From contig NC_045696.1 of assembly GCF_009834535.1 (NCBI RefSeq), positions 107,200,001-107,264,000 of the forward strand: a stretch of DNA of 64,000 bases, written 5' to 3'. Positions 13,672 through 25,715 of this stretch are shown here, piece by piece; the stretch's first letter is position 1; each line of letters opens with the position of its first letter. Below the pieces are notes generated by a model. That model saw only the letters and a list, made by a program, of their open reading frames with translations, was not told the DNA's origin and made no database searches. Position numbers and translations under genes: made by a program. This DNA is from Camelus ferus (Eukaryota).

Positions 13672-13798
13672 CCCTGGTACTCAACAGAATAGTGTATTAT
13701 TTCTTCAGGCACGACCACCGGGCTCCATGTCAAGACATGCTTCATGTTGGTCGATTGTACAGAGAGGTTCTGAGGGGCAGGCAGGACAGCCACTGCAT
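13672..13798 (-). CDS. IL20RB: IL20RB exon 2 (DAVAVLPAPQNLSVQSTNMKHVLTWSPVVVPEEIIHYSVEYQG), 127 nt
   Basis: Acceptor atcccag| at 13799 and donor CAGGG|gtgagt at 13671. Contains the class II cytokine receptor FN3 motif LPAPQNL..S.NM..L.W. Not visible in the ORF track. Confidence 0.98.
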
Positions 13799-15189
13799 CT
13801 GGGATCAAGGCAGGTGGACAAGCCAACCGGTGAGCTCACGTCAGGGAAATGCCACAGCTTCAAGCTAGCTCCTGGTTAAGGCCTCACGTGCTTAGGAACT
13901 AGAAACAACTCTCATTTGACCATACTTGTGTTTGTGCTAAATTTTTGCTGTTATCATTGTACTTCTGCCTTTGGCGATAGAATGGCATATTCATATTAAT
14001 AATAATAATGGCTAATATTATTAAGCATTTACCATGCTCTATCTAGGCCACGTGCTAGACTGTCACATAATTATCTCATTGAATCCTCACGACCGTATAG
14101 GGACGTAAGGACCATTAGTTTCTTCACTGTACAAATGAGAAAACTGAAGCACATTATGTACAATCTTTACATCAGACTGACCCAGATGTAGGCCTTGACT
14201 CTGCCACTTAGGAACTACGTGACCCTAAGTAAGTTTCATAGACATGAGCCTCCCACCCCTACATGGCAAACCTGTACTGGCTCCTGCCAGCTTCTCATCC
14301 CCATCCTCTCCTGCCACTGCCATCCTCAGGTCCCGAAGCACTTTCCTTTGTGTCCCCCAACAAGGCCAAATGGGGCAGTGGCTGCCACCTGGGAAGGGCA
14401 GGCTCAGGTCTGCTGTGGAAGGAGTCTAGTCTGAAGGGCACCAGGCCGGCTCAGAGACTCTGCCGCAGGCAGACTGCAGGCCCCTGAGCCAGCCAGGACA
14501 CAAGCATCTGCTCACACAGGTGGGTGCAGTGTGCCCAAAGTGTGCACACAGTCGGTCTACAGTTTGCACACAGAATCACAGAGGCCTGTGAGGCTGAACC
14601 GGCCCTCATAAGGACTCTGGGTAGCCCCAGGGCTCATCGTTGCGTGTAACCCATCATGCAGTCTGGATCTCCTCCTATGGTCCTTCTCCTCCAACTTTCA
14701 CACGCTAGTCTCTCAATGCCCAACACCTGCCTCCCTTTGCTGTTACAGTTGCAGCGATACCATCACCAGCACCGTGTGTATGGGGCTGGGGCCCTCGCCT
14801 GGGACTTTTCATCTCTCTGCCTGTCTCCAGATCGGCACCTGCTTTTCGTTATCAAGCCCTGTGACCATGAGGGGATGGGAGCTGCTGGGGACACCCTGCC
14901 TGGTGCCCACGCTTCTTCTCTAACGTAGGACCCTGGAGATGCCTCTCATCTCACCCTCAGCGTCCACAGCCTGAGCTGTGAGGAAACACCTGGGGTACCC
15001 ACAAGGGAGGCTTCCTGCCTCACCACCCTTAAACTTTTAATCACCCAAGGGATGACAAGGGAAAGGGTCAGCTGCAGTGGGGTAACATAGGAGGGCGGGG
15101 CATGGTCTTCTCTGACATCCTTCCTCTTGTAATGCCAACAAAACATTTGCCTAGTCAGACATGGGGGGAATATAAAGCTATGTAAATAT

Positions 15190-17769
15190 AAAGATTAATC
15201 CATAATTCTAAAACTCTCAAAAATGAAATCCTCCAGCCCAGATGGTTACACTGGAGAATACTGTGAAAGTTAAAGAAAAATTAACACCAATTTTATACAA
15301 TCTCTTCGAAAAAAATAGAAGAGGAAAGAGCACTTTCCAAATTACTTTATAAGGCCAGCATTACCCTGAAACCAAAATCAGACAAAGATAGCACATATTT
15401 TTTTTAAAAAGACTATAGATCAATATATTTCATGCACTTAGATGCAAAAATCTTTAACAAAAATATTAGCTATAAAAAATTAATAAAATTTAAAAAGGAT
15501 TATATACCGTGATCAAGTGGAATTTATTCCAAGTATTCAAGGCGAGTTCAATATTTGAAAATCAATTAATGTAATCCACCATATCAACAAGTTAAAGAAG
15601 GAAAAAAACATACAATCATATCAATTAATACCAAAAAAGCATTTATAAAATCCAGCACCCATTCGTGATTTATAAACATAAAACAAAAACAAGGCAAAAA
15701 ACAAAAGTCTCTTCAAGTTGAGAGCAGCAGGGAGTTATCTCAAATTGATAAAACACCATCCATAGAAAAACCTACCCCTAACATCTCACTCAGTGGTGAA
15801 ATACTGAAGGCTTTCCCCCGAAAATCGGGAGTAAGACAAGGATCCTCACTCTCATTCCTTTTATTTGACATTGTACTAGAAGTTCTAGCAATTGTAATTA
15901 GGCAAACAAAGGAAGTAAAAGGCAGTACAGATTGGAAAGGAAGTAAAAAATCTCCCATTTGCAGGAGACACGATATAGGAAATCTCACAGAATCCACCCC
16001 TCCCAAAAAAACCTCCTAAAACTAATAGTGAGTTCAGCAAGTTCATAGTATACAAGATAAACTTAAAAAATTAGTTATACTTCTAAATACTAGCAAGGAA
16101 CACTTGTACACAGAAATTTTAAAATACTATTTACAATCACTCCCACTGCCCCCAAAATGAAATACTCCGGTGTAAATCTAACAGCACACATCTAGGATTT
16201 GTATGGGGGAGACTTCACGATGCTGGTGAAATATTTCAAAGAAAATCTAAATAAATGGAGAGACATACTGTGTTCATGGATTGGACAATTTGACATAGTT
16301 AAATGGTAATTCTCCCCAAATTGACATACAGGTTTAATGTAATTTCTATTAAAAGCCCAGCAAGTTTTTTTGTAGATATAAACAAGCTTTCTCTAAAATC
16401 TATAAGAAAAGGAAAAGGAATGAGAATAACTAAAATAATTTTGAAAAAGAACAAAGTGAGACACACCAATCTACCCAATTTCAAGACTTACAGTAATTAA
16501 GATTGTGTGGTATTGACAAAGGAATAGACACAGATTGATGAAACAATATAGAAATCCCAGAAATAGACCCACGCATATATGCTTAACTGGTTTTTGGCAA
16601 AGGTATAAAGGCAACTGAATGAAGGAAGGACAGCCTTTTTAGCAAATAATATTAGAGCAATTGGACATCTGCAGGCAAACAAAAACCTCAACCTAAATCT
16701 CATAACTTATGCAAAAATTAACTCAAAATGGATCATAAACTTAATGTAAAACTCTTAAAGTTTTAGGAAAAAACACAGGAGAAAATTTCCAGGGCTAGAC
16801 AAAGAGTTCTTAGACTTGACACCAAAACGAGGTCCATAAAAGGAAAAATTTATAACTGGGCAGCATCAAAAATGAAATCTCTTGCTCGACAAAAGGCCTA
16901 GTTAATAGGATCAAAGACAAGATACAGAGTGGGAGAAAATATTTGCAACCTATACAATCTCACAAAGCATACATATCTAGAATATATATATAAAGACACT
17001 CTAAATCCAAAAGTAGAAAAGCAAAAAATTCAATTAGAAAATGGACAAAAGACATGAAGAGACGTTTCACCAAAAAGCACATACAGGTGGCAAATAAGTA
17101 CATGAAAAGATGTTCAGCATCATTAGCTGTTAGGGAAATGCAAATTAAAACCTCCATGAGATAGCACCACACAGCTATCAGAATGACAAAAATGTTTTTA
17201 AGTGACAAAACCAAATCCTGATGAGAATGCAGAGAAAGTGAATCACTCATACATCGTTGGTGGGAGTGTGAATTGGTACAGCCACTCTGGAAGACAGTTG
17301 GGCAGTTTCTTGTATAACTAAGCTTGTAATGACCACACAGCCCAGCAACTGCACACTTGGGCACTTACCCCAAAGTAATGAATGCTTATATCACACAAGA
17401 TATGCACGACAAATGTTCATAAACAAACTGGAATCAGCCCAGGTGCCCTTAGACAGGTGAATGGTTAAACCAATTATGGTACATCCAATAAATAGGAACC
17501 AACCATCACAACACAGAACAACTTGGATGAGTCTACAGGGAATTATGCTGAGTGAAAACAGCCAATCCCAAGAAGTTACATGCTGTATGATTCTACTTAT
17601 CTAACATTTTGAAAAGACAAAATTTTAGAAATGGAGAACAGATTAATGGTTGCCAGGGGTTAGGAACAGTGGGAAAGGTACAGTAGCAGGGACTTATAAA
17701 AAGGCAACAGGAGACTTTTTTGTGATGTTAGAGTTGTTCGGTATCTTGACTGTGGTGATAAATACAAAA

Positions 17770-17816
<47 letters not shown>

Positions 17817-17997
17817 TGCAAGTAAAAGTGGGGAAATACGAATAAGACAGGTGGATTGTATTAATGATGTCAATATCCTGGTTATGATATTATACTATTA
17901 TTTTGCAAAAGACCATTGGGGAAACTTGCCTCTCTGTATTGTTTCTTACAACTGCATGTGAATCTAGAATTACATCAGTAAAATTTCAATTAAAAAA
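15190..17997 (+). mobile_element. L1 (L1MC/MD-like) ORF2 RT to 3' end, degenerate, in IL20RB intron 1 and antisense to the gene
   Basis: ccagcccagatggttacactggagaat RT start; 'ILPKLTYRFNVISIK' ORF2 remnant; 3'UTR gggaattatgctgagtgaaaa..ccaatcccaa. Confidence 0.92.
17772..17813. repeat. (CA)n microsatellite
   Basis: About 21 uninterrupted CA units, read directly. Confidence 0.97.
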
Positions 17998-18007
17998 CAC
18001 AATCATG

Positions 18008-18166
18008 TAAACAACAAGGTTCTACCATAGAGCACAGGGAACTATATTCAATACCTTGTAATAACCTATAATGAAAAAGAATATATATATAACTGAATCA
18101 CTATGCTGTACACCAGAAACTAACACAACATTGTAAATCAACTATGCTTCAATAAAAGAAAAAAAA
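18008..18166 (+). mobile_element. Young L1 3' end fragment
   Basis: agcacagggaactatattcaata...actgaatcactatgctgtacaccagaaactaacacaacattgtaaatcaactat + A tail. Nearly the same as 42600-42760. Confidence 0.85.
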
Positions 18167-19437
18167 GTCATTACACCTAAAAAACCAACATTAATTCTGA
18201 TTATCTGAATGACAGGATATATTTTAAAAGACCATGATGGGATAAACTGAAACAGGATGAAATGTACCCGCTGAAAAAGTTAAGTTGGACAATTAGGTGC
18301 AGTCAATTAAATCATTGAGGGAGACCTGTTAGGGAGAGACCTCATGATTAAGACATTCATCAAGGCTTTAAGCAACACACTGAGGTTGAGTTTTGGGGTA
18401 TGCCTTTCTTCACAAGGGGCACACAGTCGGGACAACAGCAAAAGATGTCTCAACATTTACATGGCATCATTATGTTATGCAACAATTTGCAACTGGTGTG
18501 ACTGTCTTCTCCTACATGAGAAGTTCCAAATCTAACCCCATTATGGAAACAGTCCTAAATCTGTCTCCTTCCTGTATTAAGATGAAAATTTTCTGAGCCC
18601 TACAGGCAACATCTCCAAGATCCTCCTGCCATTTGTACAGTATATTCCAAATTCCATCTTTGTTCTGCTGGTTGATGTTCATGTCACACACACACATACA
18701 TTGGGTATGAGATGGAAAAGCAGTAATGCCCATAAACTACGGCTGCCAGGGGACAGTTAATCAGGTTCCACGGTATCGTGCACTGCAGGAAGAAGGACCC
18801 ATTTTCTGCTAGGACACTAAATAGGAAATGACTCTGCAAAATAGGAACTATGTTTTCAGCTCAGACTCCAAGTTGAAAGTGACTCCTTTCCCCTATAAAC
18901 GGTGTAAAAATCCCCTCCAATTGTTAGAGAAGTCTCACGGTGGTCCAGAGAACACAATTAAATGGAGAAAAAGAAGACTTTGTTCTCCACACTGCATTCT
19001 CATTAACAAGAATTGTCATCTATCAGCCATGTGTATTAACGTCAAGTCTCTGAAGAAACCAGTTAATAAGAGTCTCTACCTGATGTAAATGAGCAAATGC
19101 AGAAACAAAGAGTATAGTCAAGGTGAAAGGGGAGAGCAAGCTTTAAGTGTGGACAGGAAAGACATATTGGCCACAGGGAGGAGGGTGCAAAATCGGGAAG
19201 AATTATTTCCTCAGCCACACTGAATGGGAATTCTCAGTGGAGCTGGAGGGAGAGACGAGAACCCTCTGTATAACCGTTTGGTACCTTGTGAGTAGTTACG
19301 CTCTTGTTACTATAGAGAATTATATTACTCTCACTCTAGCAGTCTGACTCTGGTATCTCAAGAAGGCCCACTGGTTGGAGCCTCTTGGGTGGTGTTTCCA
19401 ATACAGACTTGAGCTGGGCAACTGTGATCTGACAATT

Positions 19438-19560
19438 AAGAATATGAAAATGAATATATGTATGTTCATGTATGACCGTAGCATTGTGCTGTACACCAGA
19501 AACTGATACAACACTGTAAACTGATTATACTTCAATTTAAATATATATATATATAAAATA
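19438..19560 (+). mobile_element. L1 3' tip with (TA)n tail
   Basis: tgtgctgtacaccagaaactgata..actgtaaactgattatacttcaattt. Confidence 0.75.
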
Positions 19561-20044
19561 ATAAATAGATAATATATCTTATATTTAAAGTGCAGTACAT
19601 AAAAGAAGGCATCTAGCTTCGCTGTAAACTTAAGTGAGTTGTTATTCAGAATCTTTGTTCAGCAGATACTGCTGCTTGTTCATATCTGACGATATGGATT
19701 TCTTTATTTAGCTTTTTCATAACAATCTTCATTTTGGTTAGTCAGAATAGATGCTTTTACTGACTTGTGGTCTTTTGCCTAAGGCAGACTTTCATTTTTC
19801 AGTTTTTGGCTTCCAGAGAAGAATCTGAATTTGTATTTTTCACTGCATGAAAGGGAGACATATAATCAGAAAGAGAAATTCTGGAAGTATGTATATTTAC
19901 AGATCAATAACCATAATAAAATCTCCTTTTGTGCTTCGGAGGGAAAAAAAAAAAAGCTTCTGGCACTCAATGTGGGGAAACGAGCTAAGCAGGATTTTTG
20001 CCTAGAGCCGCATTCACGAAGCCGATCTCTCTCTCTTGAGGCCT

Positions 20045-20552
20045 ATTAGTATTCTATTGCTGTTGTAACAGATTCCCACAGTTACAGTGTCTTAAAACAA
20101 CACAGATTTATTATTTTCCAGTTTTGTATGTCAGAAGTCTGTCACAGGTCTAACTGGGCTAAATCAAGGTGTTGGCAAGACTGTGGGCTCTAGGAGAGGC
20201 TGTTTCCTCCCCATCCCCAGCTGCTGGTGGCCACCCACCTTCCTCGCACACCGTCCCCCTTCCTGCATCCTCAAAGCCAACATGACTGGTTGAGTCCCTT
20301 TCATGCTTTGAATTCCTCCTGCCTCTTTTTCTGTCTTATCTCTCTCTCACTGCATCTAGGAAAGGTTCTCAGTTTTGAAGGATTCATGTGATTAGATTGG
20401 GCCCGCCCTGATAATCTGGGATAATCTCCTAATCTCAAAATCCCATAACGTTAATCACATCTTTTAAATCCCTTTTTCTGTAAAAGGTCACCTAGTCACA
20501 GGTTCTAGGGATTAGAATGTGGGCGTCTTTGGGGGACCATTCTTCTGACTAC
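20045..20552. mobile_element. MLT1 (ERVL-MaLR) solo LTR
   Basis: tattagt..tattgctgttgtaaca..ccaca...cttaaaacaacacagatttatt...ggttctagggattagaatgtgggcgtctttgggggaccatt is the MLT1 pattern. Confidence 0.88.
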
Positions 20553-20787
20553 CGCGTGGGGCCCTATGAACTGACACCACCCCCCTAAAATGTCTCCTTC
20601 AAATGCAGTCAATTATTTCAAGAGATCACCTTGTCTGTGATCAGAAGAAGAAAAGAGCAAGGCTGAGCTAGGACATGGCTGCTAAGCAGGTTGCTGGCAT
20701 CACTCGCTGCCTCTGTAACAAGTGCCCACATCCCAGCTTCGAAGGGACAGCAAACCAATTCATGCCTCAGGAAAGTGATCCATTGCT

Positions 20788-20950
20788 TCAGTCTCAAAGT
20801 ATGGTTTTTGGAGCAGCGGCATCACATTATCCAGGAGCTTATTAGAAATGCAGACTCTCAGTCTGCAACCTAAGCCCTACTGAACCAGAATCTGCATTTC
20901 AACAAGATCCCCCGGGCAATTCATACTCATAGTAAAGTTTGAGAAGCACA
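20788..20950. mobile_element. MER5A-like MITE
   Basis: tctcaaagtatggt...ttagaaatgcagactctcag...tactgaaccagaatctgcattt.aacaagatcccc...aagtttgagaagcac. Confidence 0.88.
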
Positions 20951-21029
20951 GGAATGGAGAGGTTCTCAACTCTGCCTGCTCATTATAATCACTGGGGTGG
21001 TGGCTTTTTGTGGGGTTTTGGGGGTTTTT

Positions 21030-22385
21030 TAAGTTTTATTTGGAAAGAATTTCAGAGGTACAGTAAAGTTGCACAAATAGTCCAGAGAGCTCCCATGTAC
21101 CCTTCGCTCAGCCTTCCACATGTACATCACCATTGCACAAATAAGAAAATGAAGGTATTAACATTGGTGAAATACCATTAATGTAGCCTCAGTCTTTATT
21201 CAGATTTCACCAATTTTTCTCCTAAAGTCCTTTTGTGTGTGCATGGGGGTGGGGGGGAGGAAATTAAGTTTATTTATTTTTATTTTATTATTATTATTAT
21301 TTTTTTTTTAATGGAGGTACTGGGGATTGAGCCCAGGACCTCCTGCATGCTAAGCACCCACTCTACCACTGAGCTACACCCTCCTCTTTCTTTCCTTCTT
21401 TTTTTTTTTTCAGGAATCAATCCAGGATCCCACATTTAGGTGTCATTTCTAGCTAGTCTTCTCCAGTCTATCCTCAGTCTTTCTTTATGACCTTGACATT
21501 TTTTAAGAGCACTAGTCAGTTGTTTTATAGTATATTCCTCAGTTTGGTTTTGTCTAATGTTTTTTCATGATTTGATTAAGGTTATACATTTTTGGCATGT
21601 ACTCACAGGGAGTACATGATGTTAATATGGCTTATTACTGGTGATGTTAACCTTGACTGCTTGGTTAAGGCAGTGTCTTCACTGTAAAACTACCATTTTC
21701 CCCCTTATAATTAATAACTTAGGGGAGATACTATGACACTATGTAGATATTCTGTTTCTCCTCAAACTTTCATCCATTAATTTTTGCATCTATTGGTGGA
21801 TATTACTTGCAACAATCATTGCTAGTGGTGATTTTCTATGTGTTAATTGAAATTCTGTAAGGAAGAGCTATTCCTTCTCCACCATTTGTGGAGATTTGTG
21901 ATATATCAGTATGGACTCATGGAAATTTATTTTATTCTATTGTTATTTATTTTGTTGCTCAAATTGTTCCAGCTTTGGCCATTGGGAGCTCTTTCAGACT
22001 CTCTCTTTCCTTATTATTTTTATTAATAGGTTTCTTATTTGGGGAATAATTTTAGAAAGAAATAAAAACTATAGACTGTAAGTAGACAGAGTTTTTATAC
22101 ACCCTTCCTCAGCTTTCCCTAATGCTAACATCTTATATAGTCATGATACATTTGCCAAAACTAAGAAACCAACACTGGTACATTACTATTAACTAAACTC
22201 CAAACTTTATTTGGATTTTGCCAATTTCTCCACTAATGTCCTTTTTCCATTCCAGGATCCAATTTTGGACACTAGTTGCATTTTTGCTCCCATCCTTTTT
22301 GAGCACTTTCTTCCTTACCACAAGATCCTCCAGACTTATATTTTCTCTTTCCTGTTATGAAATAAACCACTTCTCTAAGGAGCCC
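21030..22385 (-). mobile_element. Stack of old L1 (L1MC/MD-like) 3'UTR fragments, containing the SINE
   Basis: Two similar 3'-end starts (about 21034 and 22019): aaagttgcacaaatagt..agagagctcccatgtaccctt and agacagagtttttatacacccttcctcagc. Confidence 0.75.
21268..21384 (-). mobile_element. tRNA(Ala)-derived SINE, camelid Vic-1-like, with A-rich tail
   Basis: The minus strand reads GGAGGGTGTAGCTCAGTGGTAGAGTGGGTGCTTAGCATGCAGGAGGTCCTGGGCTCAATCCCCAGTACCTCC followed by A/(AAT)n. It has an A box and a mutated B box. Confidence 0.85.
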
Positions 22386-23379
22386 CACCCAGGAAGTTTT
22401 TGGTAGGGGGGAATCCCAAAGCCCAGGCAGCACCCTAAGTGAAGTCAGATCTCTGTCTGTGAAATTCTGGCATTTGGACTTCTAAAACCTCCCCAGGTGA
22501 TTCCAATTAGCCTTTGAGTTTGAAAACCACTGATCTCGACCTTACTTCTGGTAGCTGAAGAATAGTTAAAACTATGAATGATAAATTCCCAAACGTCAAA
22601 GACCTAAGTGTACTTTCCAGCAGGTTCTTACATTCCCTGAAGACAAGGGACTCTGCTTTGTTCATCTCTAATCGCACCTAACCCAGAACCTGGCGCACAG
22701 CAGGTGCTCAGAAATGCAGAATGAATGAAAACTAACAGGTGAACCAAATCTTGGTTCCTGAGTGACATTAGCCTCGGCCTGACTTCTTTTTTCCTAATCC
22801 CTGTCTATCTCACATTAGACCTTTGTGCTGCTCTGAGGTTGACGCTGAACACCTGTATCCTAAAATCTCAAGGCAGCACCATGGAAAAAACATAACGGCT
22901 CCCAGCACGAAGCCCTGGGGCAAACTTTCCAGGCAGAAATTCTTGCATCTCCTCCCTGACATCTCGCTGGCTTCCCCTGACTGCTCCTGCTGTCAGCTCC
23001 CCTCATTTGGGTCCTCTTCTGCCACCTTTATCTCCAACCACTGCTATCGCAAATGTGTCAGAAAAGGTAGCCACGTCTTTATTCCTTTTGCTTTGTCCCT
23101 CCGACCTCTTTCTGGCCTGCTTCAATGTCTCAGCTTCTTCTGCAGGGAAGTACAAAGGGCACAGGCTCTTTAGCCAGCCAGACCAGAGTCAAATCCCAAT
23201 CCGCCGACTCACGAGATGTTATACTTGGGCAAATAATGGAACCTCTCTGAGTCTCTGTGTCCTAGGGTATAAAATGGGGATTATAATCATCTACCTTGCA
23301 GGATGGAAGTGAGAAGTCAAGAGAACATTTTTGCTGATCTAGAGCACAGTGTGTGCTCATAAATGGCAGTTGTGATGGT

Positions 23380-23502
23380 CATTGTTATTATTACTATTAT
23401 TAATGCTATCAATAAGTATTAATATTATTAATTTCATCAATAATTATTATTTATTATAATTATTAATATTATTATTTTTGTTGATATTAATTATTATTAT
23501 TT
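23380..23502. repeat. AT-rich low-complexity (TAT/AAT) tract at the end of a MIR (about 23165-23375)
   Basis: Read directly. The MIR core cctctctgagtctctgtgtcct..tataaaatggggattataat lies upstream. Confidence 0.85.
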
Positions 23503-24124
23503 CTAGTGGGAATCGTTGAACAGGACAAGGCAAGGCAAATGAATTCTATAAAAGAGAGCAAGAACGCTACCCATCTGTCCCAGGGATCTAGGGTAAGTAA
23601 TAGAAGTTCATTTAGAATTTCCAGAATTCATTGCAGGCTCCTACATAATCCAGAGGAAATGATCAAAACTGCGTAAAGGCGACCTCAGCTAAAGCAATTA
23701 TCTGCCGACACCCTATCTGTTTGCATAACCAACAGATGATAAGTAACCTGGGGTGGGCACGCTGACATCTTCACAGCGCCTTTGTTTGCATCATCTCTTG
23801 TGACACCTCCCAACTTCAAAGTGGCTATTTTGACAGTTTTACAGATGAGGAAACTGAAGTGATGTGATGTGAAACTGAACTAGCAAGTGATAAAAGCCAA
23901 AACTCACACAAAAGTCTTTCTGGCTCTGACATCTTTGTGGTTTCCATCACTTTTTTTTTTTTTTTTTGGTTGGTGGGGTGGGGTAGGTTTTTTTCTTTTT
24001 TTTCCCTTGTGTAAATTTACAGGTGTCAGAAGAGCACATTAACCTCTGGGTCTGTTTTAAAATAGTTTTCAGGAAAAGGCTTAAAATATTGGACTGCCTC
24101 ATCGAAGAAAATGTTAAATTAAAA

Positions 24125-24385
24125 GATGGGTGAAGGGGATCAAAAAGTATAAATTTCCAGTTATAAAACAAATGTCATGGGTACGACACATTTGAAAGCT
24201 GCTAAGGGAGTAGATCTTAAAAGACTTTGTCACAAGAAAAAAATGTGTAACTATGTATGGTGACAGCTGTTGACTAGACTTACTACAGTGATCATTTCAT
24301 AATACATACAAATGTCAAATCATTATGTTGTACATCTGAAACTAACATAATGTTATATCTCAATTATATCTCAATTTAAAAGAAA
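24125..24385 (+). mobile_element. L1MA9/10-like 3' end
   Basis: aaatttccagttataaaa...tttgaaagctgctaagggagtagatcttaaa...tgttgtacatctgaaactaacataatgttata. Confidence 0.85.
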
Positions 24386-25558
24386 TAGGGAGAAAATGCT
24401 GGCCTTTCCCCCTCTCATTCGGTCTCCCTATCTTCTCCCTCTGGCTTAGTGGAGGAGTGTTTTCCTGGCAACTTGTTTGTCCCACCAGCTAATCAATCGG
24501 TCAACTAACTAACCAGTCAACCAACATGCTTAGCCTATGGTAAGGGCTGTGGGGACACCAGGAAAGATGGTCAGGCCCTGTCTTCAGACCTTCAGTGCAG
24601 GAAACAGAAGTAACTCACCGAAATAGAGTGCATGCGGTCAAGGGTTAAAGGAGAGAGGTCTGGAAAGGGTCTGTAGGTGCAGGGACCCATCTGGAATCAT
24701 GATGGGAGGATGGGTTTGGGATGGAGTAAGGGACTGGAGATTTTCTGGTGGGAAAATACAACAATAAAGGCCAGGAGGAGGAAATGAGGGTATAACATGC
24801 CAGCCGTGAAGACTCCAGCTGCATGTGGCCCATACTTGTTTCCAAGGAGTAGTGAGAAATAGGATTGGGGCTTGAATATAGTGGGTCATGAAAAAAACAG
24901 CAGATCTGAACATCATGTGCTGAGACATGGAGAACTGTGAAGGGTTTTCAGCTAGGCAGGCATAGATTTGGTTTTGAAGTCAGTTCTAAACATTTGCTAA
25001 TTACCCCGGCACTGATTTGTTACCTGATTTAAACTTACACTAGAATACGTAGTTCTCGGTGTTAAAAAAGAAAAGAAAGAGAGAAAATACTCTAGACTCC
25101 CATCAACACTGCCAAGTGCCCACTACCTTAGAGTATTCAAATGAGAAATATCTCTTAAACGTGATTTGACAGGAAGACACATCAAAGGCTAAGGAGCTGC
25201 AATTTTGAAACAATAAAACACGTAGATGCAAGCAGCCAAGAGTGGAACAGAGAAACTTGAGTAATCTTACCGGCAGGCAAAATGCCCCAAGCCAATTTTT
25301 TTTTTAAATGGTACGAAGTACTTGACTGCTACCTTTTCTGCAATGACCACAAGAGAAATCCAATTTTTATGACTTGTACCCAATATTAAGGTTGCAAATT
25401 ATGTCTTTTTATTCACATGTATTTTGTTAGATAGAGGATTTTTTAAAACAGACATAAGATGTTCGATGCATATACTGACACCTCAAACCCCGGGAAAGTA
25501 TTTTTCACCTTCTTAACCTATATTTGAGTCTCAGACTATTGGCCAGATTCATACTTAC

Positions 25559-25631
25559 CTATGAGCAAACAAGGAATCAAGGCGTAGGAAAACCACATGA
25601 TAAGACTTGTCGAGATTTCTTCCAGAACCAT
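25559..25631 (-). CDS. IL20RB: IL20RB coding exon 1, signal peptide (MVLEEISTSLIMWFSYALIPCLLI), 73 nt
   Basis: acgATGG Kozak at 25631 and donor CATAG|gtaagt at 25558, phase 1. Resembles human MVLEEIWTSLFMWFFYALIPCLLT. Confidence 0.95.
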
Positions 25632-25655
25632 CGTGAGGGTCTGTGTTTGGCAGAC

Positions 25656-25715
25656 TCAACTTGACCTGGAACGTTGTTTCCTTCCAGAATGAAGCACTCT
25701 GTCCATCTCAGCCAT
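25656..25715 (-). promoter_or_regulatory. uORF in the IL20RB 5' leader (MAEMDRVLHSGRKQRSRSS*), in frame with the main CDS
   Basis: agaATGG and gagATGG strong-context starts, TGA at 25658-25656, 24 nt before the main ATG. That it lies within the transcript is inferred. Confidence 0.6.

Noticed and set aside
21313..21384. tRNA-Ala gene
   Set aside because: The B box is mutated (GCTCAA), it has an A-rich tail and it sits inside an L1 relic, so it is a SINE.
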